Assembly (NCBI GenBank): GCA_904063045.1 | Contig: CAJFCJ010000005.1 | Coordinates: 3,404,165 to 3,468,164 of the forward strand | Length of the DNA: 64,000 nt | Origin: Dimorphilus gyrociliatus | Taxonomy: Eukaryota > Animalia > Annelida | Direction: 5' to 3' | In this document: positions 28,526-41,883 of the stretch, piece after piece | Layout of the letters: every line of letters starts with the position of its first letter | Position numbering within the stretch: position 1 is the stretch's first letter | Position numbers and translations under genes: made by a program | Notes under the pieces: model-generated | Told to the model about the DNA's origin: nothing | The model's database searches: none | Seen by the model: only the letters and a program-made list of their open reading frames with translations

Positions 28526-31494
28526 GAAGTATATATAAGTGTATACATATATTTTTTCTCTTCCCTTCTCTTCAAATTCAAAAATAAAATCAATGTTTTA
28601 GAACTTTGTCTCTCAAGTGTTCGAGTTTTATTATTTGTTCGATTTGTAAATATCAATAGGATATTAATGATCTAAGTTTACTTTCGAATTTTATCCTGTT
28701 CCTCTCTATTTTTCCTTTTATCTTCCTCCTTATTATTAATTTTATTTAATTTGAATTGTTTTTGGTTATTTTTTTTGTTTGTAAAAAAAATCCTTATCCT
28801 TCTCCTCATCCAGAAAAAAGAAAAAGTAAGTGAATACTTACTACAACAAACGTCAATGAATGCCTTCCATGAACGATATCAACAACAACGATAATAAAAT
28901 AGAAAGCACGAATAAAAAGTACCCTTATAAGAAGAGAATTTTAAAGCCCATAATTCATAGTTTAACTACACATAGACATTTATACTATTTCAACTGATGT
29001 AATTGTTTTTAATTGTATAATAAAATAAAAAAAGATTTTTATCTTTTTTTTTTAATTCTATTGTTTGAAATGAAAAAATTAAAAAAAAAAGGTTCAATTT
29101 ATATGCTTTTTTCATTTTTCTCTTTTTACTTTTTAAGATAAGAAATTAGGTGTTTTTATAATAAAAAAACACAAAAATAAAATACACGTTTGTTTGTAAA
29201 ATATTTGTTTTCATTTGGATGTTTGTTTGATTCTTTCGAATTAATCGTACCTCACTCTGATAAGTGTTTTGATCGTTGTCGTCAGAGACGTTGCCGTTTT
29301 CGCTGTTATCGTCAAAACTCCGTAAATAGTCTACAAGAATGATAGACGATTGTTGAGGAGACGATAAGCACATCGGAGATGACCACATTTGCTGTACAGA
29401 CGCTTTCCTAGCCTGCGCCACGAGATTTTGGGAAAAAAAAACAAAACATATTTCTTTTTCAGATTTGGAATCTATACAGAGATATTCGTTCCCTCTTTAG
29501 CCCAGATGAAAAAAAAAAGAAACTTTTTCCATTTACCCCAACAAGCACATCGAAAAAGACAAAACAACAATGCTCCCTATATTAATTAATATTAATAGAT
29601 ACTTATAGTGAAAGAGAGATTTATGTTAATTGTTTGTTTAATAATATAATATTACCGTGTGCCAGAAAGAGATAGTGTACATGAGTTAGTATTCTAAGAT
29701 TCATACAATTTATACAGAATTTTCTGTACAGAAACATTTTATATATATATATTATTTTAATATATATATATAGACTGTTTATGTACATAATAGACTGAAT
29801 ATATTGTATGTAATTAAGAGAGGATAAGCGAATCTATTGAAAATGAAAATTATATAATACGACTAATTCTACATGCAATGAATCTATAGCCTTCATGCGA
29901 AAAAGATAAAGCATCGCCTACGGAGAAATGAATGAATTTTTTTTTTTTTGGAGGGTACGAAATTATCTAGGTAGCCAAGTGTTTTGATAATTTGAACAAC
30001 GTGGACACTCACTGCCGTTAAATCTTGAACAAGCGATACAGAAGGAGTTTGATTATTTTCCTTCTGATCGTCATCATCGTCATCATCATCGTCGTCATCG
30101 TCTTCGTCTCCTTCATCACCTTCCTCGTATTCATTAATTCTCGCTTCGTTTTCTTCGACAAACTCATTGTTTCGTAATACAATACCGTCACTTAAATCGC
30201 TAGTTAATGATTCACTAGGGACAATGGAATTCAATTGAACAGGCTCAGCCTCATTAGCTGGCTGATTTTCGAATAAATTTTCAGAATTATCTGACGGTGT
30301 AGGCTCGCAAACTTGCTCAACTCTTTCGTGAGCTTCTATAACCTCTTCTTGAACAGTAAAACTTTGATCAGCCTCTTTCTCAATCAGTAAATTGTTGTCT
30401 ACTGTAACTAAATCTTGTTCTTTGATAGGAACATCTTGTTCTTTGATTACATTAATTTCCTCTTCTTCAATCTTTTCAGCACCGAACTCATTTTGATTAA
30501 ATAAATCTGGCTTTTGATCTTGAACGCATTCAACCTCTCTCTCTGGTGATAATTTTTCCCTACTTTCTTCCAAGGCTTCATTTACGAAATCGTTAGCGAA
30601 TTTTTCTACATCGTTCCTATATTTCCATTCGTCTTCAATCTTAGTATCGGGCTATTTTTACGGAAAAACGCATGCAAATAAATGCAAGCGAAAATTATGC
30701 ACTTGATTTAGGTCAAATAATGCTTATATTTCGAGATAATTCCGCGCAGTGAAATAAAAAATCTCCTCTAAAATACGAGAAAAAGCATAAAATATTGCTA
30801 GCAAACCTTTGAATCGAAGTCAAGTAGATCGTCGAATTCCTTATTTGTTGAATCATTCATATCCGTATGAGAAGTTCCGTTTAATTTTGTAGCCTAATTG
30901 AATAAAATATCAATATAGTATGTATATGTTGTATTTAGCGGTGTAGGAATGTAAATCAAAAGATATAAAATAATCTATCAGTAAAAAAAAAATCACATAA
31001 AAATGAGTTAGAGAGGTTAATATAGGTGCTAGTACCTTTGAATATAGCATACGACTAATCAAACCAACAACAAATATATCCATTACACGTTTTAAATCGT
31101 ATATAAAAAGGATAAAAAAAATTTTTTTTCGTGATCGAATCCGATCGTATAAACGATTTGAACAAATTCCGAAAAAGGCCTACATTACCATTTGTATAAA
31201 AGAAATATATTAAGAGAGAAAAAAAATATAACTAAAAATGTGTCTTATCACAACGAGTGCAAAGGTTATATATAATATAAAAAAAAATCATAATTATATG
31301 GCATCAATCATTGACTTATTGCTTAACATAAAAATTGATCCATATCTATGTCTTTTACTTTCTATTCTTTATATATATATATATTTATTTATTTATTATT
31401 CATTCATTTTTACCATAGTATTTTCGGTGGGAGATGACGATGATCCTAAATCTAAGAGAAGATCCACATTAGAACTTTGTATGTTATCCGACAT
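23895..31494 (-). CDS. Large acidic disordered protein with a C-terminal LIM domain (EPLIN/LIMA1-XIRP2-like)
   Basis: LIM domain CFSCSKRVYPVE...FHKQCFRCTVC...FYCKPHYREIFTRKGKY resembles the LIMA1/LIMD2 type. Spliceable exons lie at ~31494-31414, ~30893-30807, ~30652-30013, ~29410-29252, ~26630-26500, ~26356-26200, 24466-24233 and 23995-23895. Connectivity is partly inferred. Confidence 0.7.
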
Positions 31495-31926
31495 TCTTTC
31501 TGTTAAAGCATTAGATGAAGAGAAAGAGAATTAGAAATTTAAATAATAGTAACATAAAGAAAATACAAAAAAAGATTTAGTTAATTATTAAATTTTTCAA
31601 AGTACATTTACATTAAAGCTGATAAAATAAATTCGAAACCTATACTATAAATAAGCCTAAATAGCTAATATACAGTAAAAAGAATATAGAGATAGTATGT
31701 AGCCTTTCTAATAGATTATTAAAATAAACAAATAAGTCTTCTTATAGAATTCATCTTCCTTTATAAAAAAAGTTGTTTAAAAAAAAAAAATACCTTTATC
31801 GTACGATATTACAACGAACCACGACAGTAATAGTATACGTGTTTATGCGTATACGCATTATTGTATATAACTGTACACAAATACATTTATAGAATATAAA
31901 TGTGTCGGTATAAATTAACATTGTAT

Positions 31927-31929
<3 letters not shown>

Positions 31930-31974
<45 letters not shown>

Positions 31975-31990
31975 CTGTATATATATATAT
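31930..31990. repeat. (TA)n microsatellite (one of many; others near 4310, 20980, 27510, 27845, 46660)
   Basis: Direct dinucleotide runs. Confidence 0.95.
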
Positions 31991-33861
31991 ACGGCGCCAT
32001 TCGTTTTAGACCATTTATAACGATAAAAACTACAAAGAATACGAAAGATAGATAGATAGCAAATAGGTAAAAGAAGAGTTGGAGAGAAATAGAAAAATAA
32101 AAAAATCTCAATTAATGTTTACACTATTCTTTCATTTTTATCGAAGAGAGAGAGAGAGAGAGAGAAAAAAAGCAGGCCGGCGTTTTATAATCAATTTAAT
32201 CTTGAATATTTACCGCTCTAAAATACTTTATCGTGATACAAATCTTCATCTTATACCTATGCTATAACTTTATATAAATATATTTATTTTTATGAAAGAG
32301 AAAAATAAACGCCCAATAGACAAAGCAGACGCCATTTTGAGGGGCGTCACATTAAGTTATTTCAAACTGAATTTTTAGCTCTAGTGAATAGCCTTATTTG
32401 CTATTTAAAGTTAAATTGTTGAAAATTGGTTGAACGATTTCGGTAATTGACTACAACAGCGGTTGTTTAAAAAACGTTTAATCAATACCGCTTACCAATA
32501 ACATCAATCGGCACTCAACAGCAAAGCGTCGCCGGACCGTCTGCAAATTTTGACGCTCGAGATGGGAATACTGCACCACACTTAGTCACCGAAGGATTAT
32601 ATAAAATCTTATGTACTCAAACAAACACTTGCTAATCCTGAGTCATTAATGACACCAGGCGTTTATTTAACATAATTTTTTACTTACATATATATTGTTC
32701 CTTGCAGCAAGCTAACTGTATTAAAGAAGCGCTTTGATTGAATACCCTGCATTCAATAACTGGCCAATCCGTATATAAAATATCTATTGTAAACCTGTTC
32801 GACCAATCACGAGCTAACTAAGCCGGTGGGCGTTCTTTCCATATGAAAGTTTGATAAGAAAATCTATACTATGTTCAAACCAATTAATAATATTTTCTTT
32901 ATTCATCTTTAAGATAAATAAATTTGTATTTAAAATAATATTCAAGAAAATATTTTAATAATATGTTTATTATTTACTTTATGTTAAATATCTCTTTATT
33001 ATCTATGTCTCCTTTTTTTCCAGAAATTAGTCAACAACAAGATTAACAAAATATCTTACCGGTTTTCACGTTTTTTTTTTTTTTAAATTAAAGGTTTATT
33101 TTTCAACGGTTATTTTGTTTTTCTCCTCTCTCTTACTCTCTTAATAAATACACATTCTAGCAATATAAAATCAACAGGTCCTATCTTTTAGTATATTTTT
33201 AGTAATATAATCGTTTCAACTTACAAGTTCTATAAAGAAGTGGGAACTGTTCACTTGTCGCTTCAATCAATAATTCTCAGACAACGTTTGACGCCATCTA
33301 ACGACTCTTTTCATATTGAGTAGCTCGTCCAAAAACGACGATTTAACCTCTTCATTATAAACCAATAGAAATATGATCAAAAGCGTTATGCATTTTAAAT
33401 GCATACAATGGAATATAGAATGAACGTTTAAATTTCAATTAATGCTAAATATAGTTGGCCTAATACAAATAGCGCATTTCTAAAACCAGTAAAAAATCCC
33501 CATATATGTTTTATTTCTATACCGTACAGTATTCTGTTATAAAATTTTAAAAATTACTACTCACAATTACGAGCTTTTGACAGTAAAACTCGCTTCCGTA
33601 ACCTGCCCAACTGTGAAAAGCAAACTAACCGTCTGCTTGCGGAAAACGAATATTATTCGCTTACTGATATTTAACGATGTCCCGTAACTTGGCAATTATG
33701 TTATTATATTTCCCGCCAAATAAAGTACTTTTTATCTATGGGTTAAAAAGACTATTGCCAAAGTTATTTTTATAGATTTATTAATAAATATACAATAAAT
33801 CATTATATAGGACTAGTCTACAAGCGATAAGTTAATATTTTTATTTGCATTTTCTAAGTCT

Positions 33862-35899
33862 CTAAATTTCTTGTGTTATTTGTATATGATCTTCTGCAGT
33901 TGGTTCTTTATTTGCTGAATGAATGAAGCTTTGTTCTGTTTTCGGTCGCCGTTTAAAGCATATTTGAACAGCAAAGTCAGAACCGAATACTTTGTGTTTA
34001 ATATCTTTATGAGGATTATCCAGCACGTCTTTATTCAAAGTCGTTACGCTGTTATAACGGTTAATTATAGGTAAAATATAAATCAAATAAAAAGTTTGTG
34101 TACCTTGTCTCGTCAACAAACGAGGTATTCAACCAAAAATAAAAAGCACAATCATCGTAACCTTTCGGGACTTTTTCCTATTAAATCATTCATGTCAAAA
34201 CGGAATAAAAGCTCTTTAAACACAAATAAACAATAGCGATACGTTTTTGAACTTACACTGGAAGAAAAAAACATAAATTTTACATCGTCCTCTAAAATAG
34301 GACAATCTTCGCCTATTTCAATGCAATAATCTTTCCTATCTTCCGATAGCCGACTCTATATAAAAGTATACTACTTAAAATTCATTTAATTCAATAAATT
34401 AGCATATTTCACCATACTTTACAATTACTCTCCACCGATGGATTAAATTCAAATATATAATTATTCGTATAAATCTTTCCCGAAAGGTCAGTACCGTCCA
34501 TTTGACCAAAAGTATATATATTCTTTATAATTATCTTATCAAGTATTAATTGTTTATGATTTGGTAATTGGGAATTAAATAATTTTTTCATGGTAGCATA
34601 GTATCCAACATAACGTGATTGGGATGGGGTTTCTACTCCTTGAAATTTTGAGCCAACAGTTCTATCTGTTCTTCTCTCACCAAACCAGTTTAGAGCTTCT
34701 TCGGCATCGTCATACTCTCCACTGGCTATCAACCATATACAAACCATTGTACCAGTTCGACCTTTGCCTCCTCGACAGTGCACAGCTAATACGTTTTCTT
34801 CATCAGCTTTCATCCAGTCGTCAACGTCTTTCACAAATTTAACAGCCTCGGCTAATTTTGGAACGTTATGGTCATCTATAAAAATACGTTCTACTCTATT
34901 ATCGAATTTCGATTCATCGTAACCCTTTTCGCTGCATAGATTGTATATCTTAAAATGCCCATCGTGCTTTTGCTTAAAGAATTTTGAAACATCCTCAATA
35001 TCATTCCTATACAAAGCAGTAACACCAGTTGACGGAAAAGACATTGCTATTAACCTCTCTGTTTAGATCATAAAAAGTAATTAATCAGGCTAAAATTTAA
35101 ATTAAAATGCTCAATCAACTTGTTACATAGCATAAATCCAAATTATAACCATCCTCCACAAAACGCCTCTTATTTTGAGACACAGCAAGTCTTGCCGAAT
35201 TGACCGTTTCCCTCTTTTCTATATAGAATCTTATAATTGACAAAATCCTAAGGCCTCTAACAACTCGAAGGATCATAACAATCCTACGTACGAGAAAAAA
35301 GGGCAAATATCGATAAGTAAGGGAATATATATCAATGAATGATTCATTTAATTAACTTACCTAAAGTAAGAAACAACATTAGTATACGAAACAACTAATA
35401 TGCTAATAAAGTTTATAATAAAAGTAATAATAATAACAAACATATCGAATATGTTTAATTTACTATTAAAGAATTCCGCTCTATAAGTAAAGAAAATATT
35501 ATGAATTGTTTACATCACTAATAACTAATAGTTATTATTTTATCTCACCTTTTTATATAGATTCTAAGAATTAACTCAATCACAAATATTGAAGATATTA
35601 CCATAGATATAATATCGGCAGGATGAAGATGTAATGAATTTTTTGTCAAATCAATTATGATGACAATAAAATCTATGAGAATGAGGATAATTATTGCCAC
35701 TCTGAAAGCTAAATGATCGAATATCCTTTCTAGTATGATTCTATATTTCCTAAGAAAAAGAGATGAATTATATTGAAATTGATTAAAATGTGACACGAAT
35801 TATATAACAATACTCTGATCGAGTTGCTGGAGCTGCATATCGATCGCCCCCGGGTAATACTTCGACAATATCTTCAGCCTGATTCCCTTCCATTTCCAT
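33862..35899 (-). CDS. TPTE2: Voltage-sensing phosphoinositide phosphatase (VSD S1-S4 + PTEN-type phosphatase + C2), TPTE/VSP family
   Basis: TM segments, S4 [16 protein letters not shown], linker VSQNKRR, P-loop [10 protein letters not shown] and GVETPSQ (VSP-type, whereas PTEN has HCKAGKGRTG and GVTIPSQ); C2 YFWLNTSF and LDNPHK. Confidence 0.92.
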
Positions 35900-37178
35900 A
35901 TCTTCCTTTTTACCGTTAATTGTTTTCTGTTTAGTGTTAATTAAACAAAGAAATGTTTTTTAATATTTTCCACTGATATTTTGACCTCGGAAAAATGATT
36001 AATGGAGAAATCCCTTTTCATTAAAGCAACATTAAAAAATCCCAAAATTATTGGCAAAAGTAGGGATTATATTTAACAAAACTGAAATAAATAGTTCTAA
36101 ATTCGAAAGAATACTAGAAGGTTAGAATCAGTATTGAAATCGCAAGAGGGTTACTGGTAGTAGTTCAATACAATATTTAATATAGATCTTTACTCTGTTG
36201 AGGTATTTTTAATTCTAATTGGTATATCGAATTTTGGCAAGGAAAATTTCCCAGGTTTTCGATAATTAATTAGGAGTTTAGAAGATAGGTCTTCTGTATC
36301 TATTATCTATCTTTCATAAACCACTCTATCCAATCTTTATAGACAAGTACAGCACACCAATAACATATTATATTCTTGATTAATCTAATCCACTTTGACT
36401 ATACTTTTAGACTGTTAGAATTCTTTAAAAAATATATTTATGGAAATTATTATGGTACAGATATTAACACGCTTCTTTTAATATAAAAACTGACCTACTT
36501 GCGTTTTATTTGATAAAAACTGTAGCGGAAAAAACACATACGCCCCATAATTAAAAATAATTAATTGTTTTCATCGCTTGTTCCTATTTACTTTACATAC
36601 GCAGTACATAAGTCTATTTGATTAGTTTTTATACATACAAACTATATCACTTTTAACTACTAAAAGCCTAAAGTTCAATGATATTTTATGAATAATTAAT
36701 AACTATAATTACATTTTAGTGGGCGGTAACCGTTTGTAAAGCTTTTTTATGTCAGAAGTTTCATCTTATTTATTCTCTTTAACCTTATTAGAATAAGAAA
36801 ATCGTTTTTTTTTTATTTATATATATATATACATGGATAATATATATATATATCTGTATAAACATCTTTTCTTTACTTACATTTTCCATTATTTTTATAT
36901 CTGTTTTTTAAATAATCCGTATTTCAAATGGATAAGTTATTATCAGGAAAAAAAGAACTCTATGTTGATTATCACGCCATCTATTATGCCACTGATAAGA
37001 TCAATTCCGTTCTAAGCGATTTATCTTTATTTTTTATTCTTAATTGATCATTTTATATAATTTATAAAATTATTTAAATAAGAATGGTACCTTTCGTTTT
37101 TTACGATAAAATACAAATATTTATTTTATTTATGTTTTTGAACTTTACAAAAATGTTTATTTGTTTGGTTTTTTTTTT

Positions 37179-37917
37179 TTACAATAATCCTAGCCTCTTT
37201 TCAACAAGAATATGAGGGTTTCCAGCACTTTCTGGTTCAGTATTTAAAATATCATCAAAATCGATAGTTTCATCTGATCCTGTTGGGAGTTAATTTCATT
37301 TTATCAGTGATAATAGAAAAAAAGGAAAACTTGTATCACGCCATTCTTACCATTTAACGTTTGCATCATAACGTTGCTAGACCTCATGCAAGGTAATCTT
37401 CCTACTTTTGAAGCAAATTTGCGTTCCATTGTCAACTTTAGGGGAGCGCTAATCCCTTGGGTATTTCTCAGCATAGCCATGTTCAAATCAAATTGGTTCT
37501 TATCCCAAAGCTTTTCTGATTCCTCTAAGGGATGGCGTTGCATCAAGCCAGATTTAACGGAGGCACTAAAGTAGCTAAAGGTAATTATATTGCTCTGAGG
37601 AAAGTGTTTATTTTACCTTCCAAACATGCGATCAGGCAACTCATATTCATTTTTGCTGATTCCAGTAGGTTCAGCTATCTTCTGATCGTTAGATCTTGGG
37701 CGAATAGAAGGATATCCAAGACTCTAGTTATACAATGATTCAATAAAAACGCATATTTTCGCTCAAAAATATTTTTTTCGCTAAAATAAGTGATACGTAT
37801 AAAGTATTCACAATTTAAAAAGCTCCTATTAATTAGCGGTATTTAATTTAAAATTATTACAGCGATTAAATTTAATTAAAAACTACGTATAGAATAAATG
37901 AAAAAGAGTTTTACCAT
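37179..37917 (-). CDS. POMP: Proteasome maturation protein (UMP1 family)
   Basis: ATG-only first exon (ATG|gtaaaa at 37917-37915), then HPLEESEK, MLRNTQGISAPLKLTMERK and DETIDFDDIL...EKRLGLL*. Confidence 0.95.
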
Positions 37918-38093
37918 TTTTCTGGTCAGAGATTGTTTACGATAACCGGTAATGCGCATGCGTCAAAAATGAATAGTGTTCCTTTTTTTAACATATTTAC
38001 CAGTTTTCCCCATGATTCTGGACCGACTTGGTCGGTAAAATCTAATAACACGACTTATCTACTTTGTTTTCATTATATTTTTCGTACTTGATT
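37918..38093. promoter_or_regulatory. Bidirectional POMP/ANKLE2 promoter with an NRF1/EWG-like palindrome
   Basis: The ATGs are ~176 bp apart; TGCGCATGCG lies at 37953-37962. Confidence 0.7.
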
Positions 38094-40005
38094 ATGGATG
38101 AAATATTAAGTCGGCTTGAAGATATATCCGATACCGATCTACGAGCTGAACTACAGAAGTACGGAGTTGTTATTGGACCCATTTTAAAGTCAACAAGAAA
38201 TTTATACCTTAAAAAATTAACCAAGTTTAAAGCTAGAGAACAAGGTTTGGTTATTGAAGAAGCTCCAGTTGTTACCGATCCACCTGAAACGGACTTAGAA
38301 GTAGCAGATTTTAAAAAACCTGCGAATAATTTTAAGGAATCCGTTACATTAGCCAATTCAAATGGTTCTTCAGATAAAATTTACTATGCTGTCTCCCAGC
38401 CACCCAAAAAAAGCCCATACAGTAATGGCCTGGAAAATTGGATATTCACCGATCAATTATCAGCGTGCAGGGCCGCTAAAAGTGTGCCTGGTGCCCGCTT
38501 TAAAAACTTTTCGTCGTATGCAGATGCTTTAGAATTTGCGTCCACTCCTGCGCCCCTTCCAAACACCTTAATGAGAGGCGATGAACCGAAGCCAGCAAAC
38601 GACTTACCTAGTTTAAGGAAACAAGACCTCAATAAGTTACGCCACTTGATCGAACAAGACAAATACGATGAATTTGAAGACACCATTAGGAGTAATGCTA
38701 AATATCTTGTTAATTCAGCTAATGACTTACCAACCATTCTTAAAGAAGGAGTTCGTTATAATGCGCTTCATGTTTGCGCTACACATAACAGAGACGCTTT
38801 TGCGAAATTAATAATTAAGTTAATCAAGGACAAAACCCTGATGAAAGAGATGTACTCAAGTAGTGACGATGATCTAATAACTGATAAAACAGATATCTTA
38901 CTACACTCTTATATAAATGGTTGCGACGGTATTCGCGGTGATACTCCATTACATCTCTCAGCCCGACTAAATCATTGGCAAATTGCTAAAGTAATACTGC
39001 AGGAACCTATTTTGGAGAGAAACCGTGTAAATAAAGAAAAAGAAAAAGTAGAAGATGTTATAGGTGATCGTGTAAAAACTAGTCGAGAAGATAAAGAAAA
39101 GTTTATGAAACTGCTTCGTGATTGTTATTATGTACCAATTTTGAGAGCAGAAGATTTCTCATCACCGCCTCAAATTGGTGAAGCCGTTCAAACTCCTCCT
39201 AGAACTGCTAAAATTGGTCAGAATTCTTCACCTTTACGAGTTCATGCTCTTGCAGGACCAATGAGTGCAGAAGATGCCTCAAATTTTAAAAAAATTTGTA
39301 CTTCCCCAATGAAGAGGGCAATTAGATGTCGAGATTTAGAAAAAGGTATGGAAAAAGTTGGACGTTCTGCAGCAAAAGATATGAAAATAGGTTTCTCAGA
39401 GTATTGGGAATTTTTAGACGATTTTGCTGATTTTAGCACAATAGAAGGTCTCCAAAAATTAGAGGATTTTTTGTCCGTCAAATACGATTACGCCGACGAT
39501 ATTGGCGATATTACAAAACAATTAGAAAGTTTAATATTAAATTCTCCAAAATCTACTAAGCAAGCTGACGAAGTCAATGAAGAGGTCTTTCACGATGCCC
39601 AATGTTGTGGTATGTGTAACGAGTGCACAGTAAATGGTGACTCTTTTATTGAAGATCTAGAATCGGAGCCTGTCTTTCTAACCGGGTAAAAAAAGATCAC
39701 ATTTGTATCTTCTCAGATTAACAGTTTCTATCATATTGACTTTATCAAGTAAAACTAATGTTACTTTTTTTTTAAATCAACACAGATTGAATGCTACAAA
39801 ACTTGATGCTGAAGTCTTTCAAGCAGTCGAAGAAGCTGGAAAAGATAAAATTGACTTGAAAACCTTTCCCAAAGTTGCTTTATGGAGAAAGAATGTGTTA
39901 CATCACAACCAATACGAGAAAATGTCAGATTGGTCCAGTCCTAAACCTAAATCATTTCAAATAAGAAGAACTGAATTGAATCCTATTTTTCCAGATATTT
40001 ATTAA
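38094..40005 (+). CDS. ANKLE2: Ankyrin repeat and LEM domain-containing protein 2 (LEM4)
   Basis: LEM domain ISDTDLRAELQKYGVVIGPILKSTRNLYLKKL; viroplasmin/RNaseH1-N-like ARFKNFSSYADALEFA; ankyrin RYNALHVCA and GDTPLHLSA; LEKGMEKVGR...EYWEFLDDF; last exon ~39787-40005. Confidence 0.93.
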
Positions 40006-41883
40006 AGTCTCACTTTGTTTTCTCGTCTCTTTTAACTTGAACATCTTAATATATTCTGCATGTTTATTCATTCGGCGAGATGCCTTTCTCGACCACGTTC
40101 GTTTCATGATTACAAGGAATGATGATAGACATTCTTTTTTCTTTCCACCAAAATCGTTTAATCTGGTTGGTCATAAATATTCATAAGGAGGCTGTGATGG
40201 CTCAAAAGACCAAGTTAAATGAAAAAAAAAGTGCATGCGTTTCTCTCTGTTTTTTGAAGGTTAATAGCCAAGGTGCTAGTTCTAGGCCTCAAGCTGCATT
40301 AAGAATGTAATTGGTGACTAAATAGACCTTAAAAAAAAATTCAATCACGAAAAACAGGCCTATGAAAAATCTAAGATTTCCGTAACACAATTAAAGTCAA
40401 TAATTAAAAATGTTAGCATACTTAAAATTCATTGACAGATTGTATTTTAAAAGACTTGAGAAGAAATTTAATGTATTCTAAGCATCTTTTCAAAGTCTAT
40501 TTTAGCAGTTACCTAGACCCCTGGTTTGTCACCTAGACTGAAAACCAACAAGGCTCCATATTGATTTATCTGAAATCGTCTCAAAAGAATAATTACTTTA
40601 TTTTTCCAGAGAGAATAATAACCTGACCTTCACCTACTTTCACTTTTTTTTTTATTTAGCTTCTTCAACAATAAATACGGAAGTAATCGTTTGGATATAA
40701 TACGCAAAGTCTGCTCCGAATTGATATTATCATCCTCGCTCTCAATATTTTACTATTGAGCAAGTTGATATTCCAAAAGGAAGTATTAGAGATTCCTTTT
40801 ATTGTTATTAGACGCTTTTGGCCAATAGACTATTCCTTTTATCTACTTTACAAGCAATGACAATAACTGAAAAAGGATTGTTAAGAAACTTTTTATTACT
40901 ATTTATACAATTATTATTCTGCTTTTGGATACTTAGCTAAATGGATGAGAAATGTCTTCATAAAAAGAATGTTACAAGAAAGTCAATATAGAAGGAGATT
41001 GTCAAGAAATGGAAAAATAATTGAAAAAGATGATGTTGAAGTACTGAATTTGCATAATTCAAAAACTGTTGGTACTTTTTTTGGCTTGGATTAATTTTCT
41101 TCCAATTTTCCTTAATTTACTCTAAGAAGTCTTATAAGGGAAGAGTATAAGAGACGAAGAAGAGTGAAGAAAAAAGGAAGGGATAAAATGCAAGAGAAGA
41201 TAGCAAAGAGGCAACTCAACTAATATACTATAAATATTATGAATATATTACATAATTATTTCATTAATTAACGTCATAGCATGGTAATTATTTAAAAATT
41301 TTGCCCTTCTTTCCACCCTAATTCTTAATTTTGCAAAAAGATGGCGCCAACGACTATTTTGGGCGTAAAACATTTTTATTTTGTAGCAAAGCTCATACGG
41401 CCTAAGGCTTGTTTGCAGTCGCGTTATTTTTGCAGCAATTTTTTTACAGTCAGGTAATAGTAGCACACACGCGACGGAGAAAAGCAAATAAAATTGAGTC
41501 TATTTCTTTTTATAAATGATCTATTATTCATTATTATAATTAATATTATTAAACGTCATTCCATTTTTTCTTCATTCATTGTTTTCCAGTCATCCATTCC
41601 ATTTTTATATATATCCGACTGTCAAACGAGAAAGAGAACGAACGTAGTAGACGAGGCGAGCAATCCTATATAGACGCCGACTAACTAAGTTTGGCGAGCA
41701 AAGCCGTATTGACTGAGAAAGGTTTGCTCGAGTTGTTTGACTGTCTAGTTTATTCTACGCTTATCAATTCTCATTCAAGAGCTTCCTACCAGGTGTTCGG
41801 ATTGATTTCATCGTAGGCCATATGACGAATTCAGCGAACCGGACAATACTGCTATACTTCTATATCGATTAATATGATATACT

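Noticed and set aside
33611-33629. GTTAGT...TTTTCACAG resembling a 19-nt intron or a trans-splice acceptor
   Set aside because: Too short for normal splicing, and no evidence of SL trans-splicing can be obtained from this sequence.
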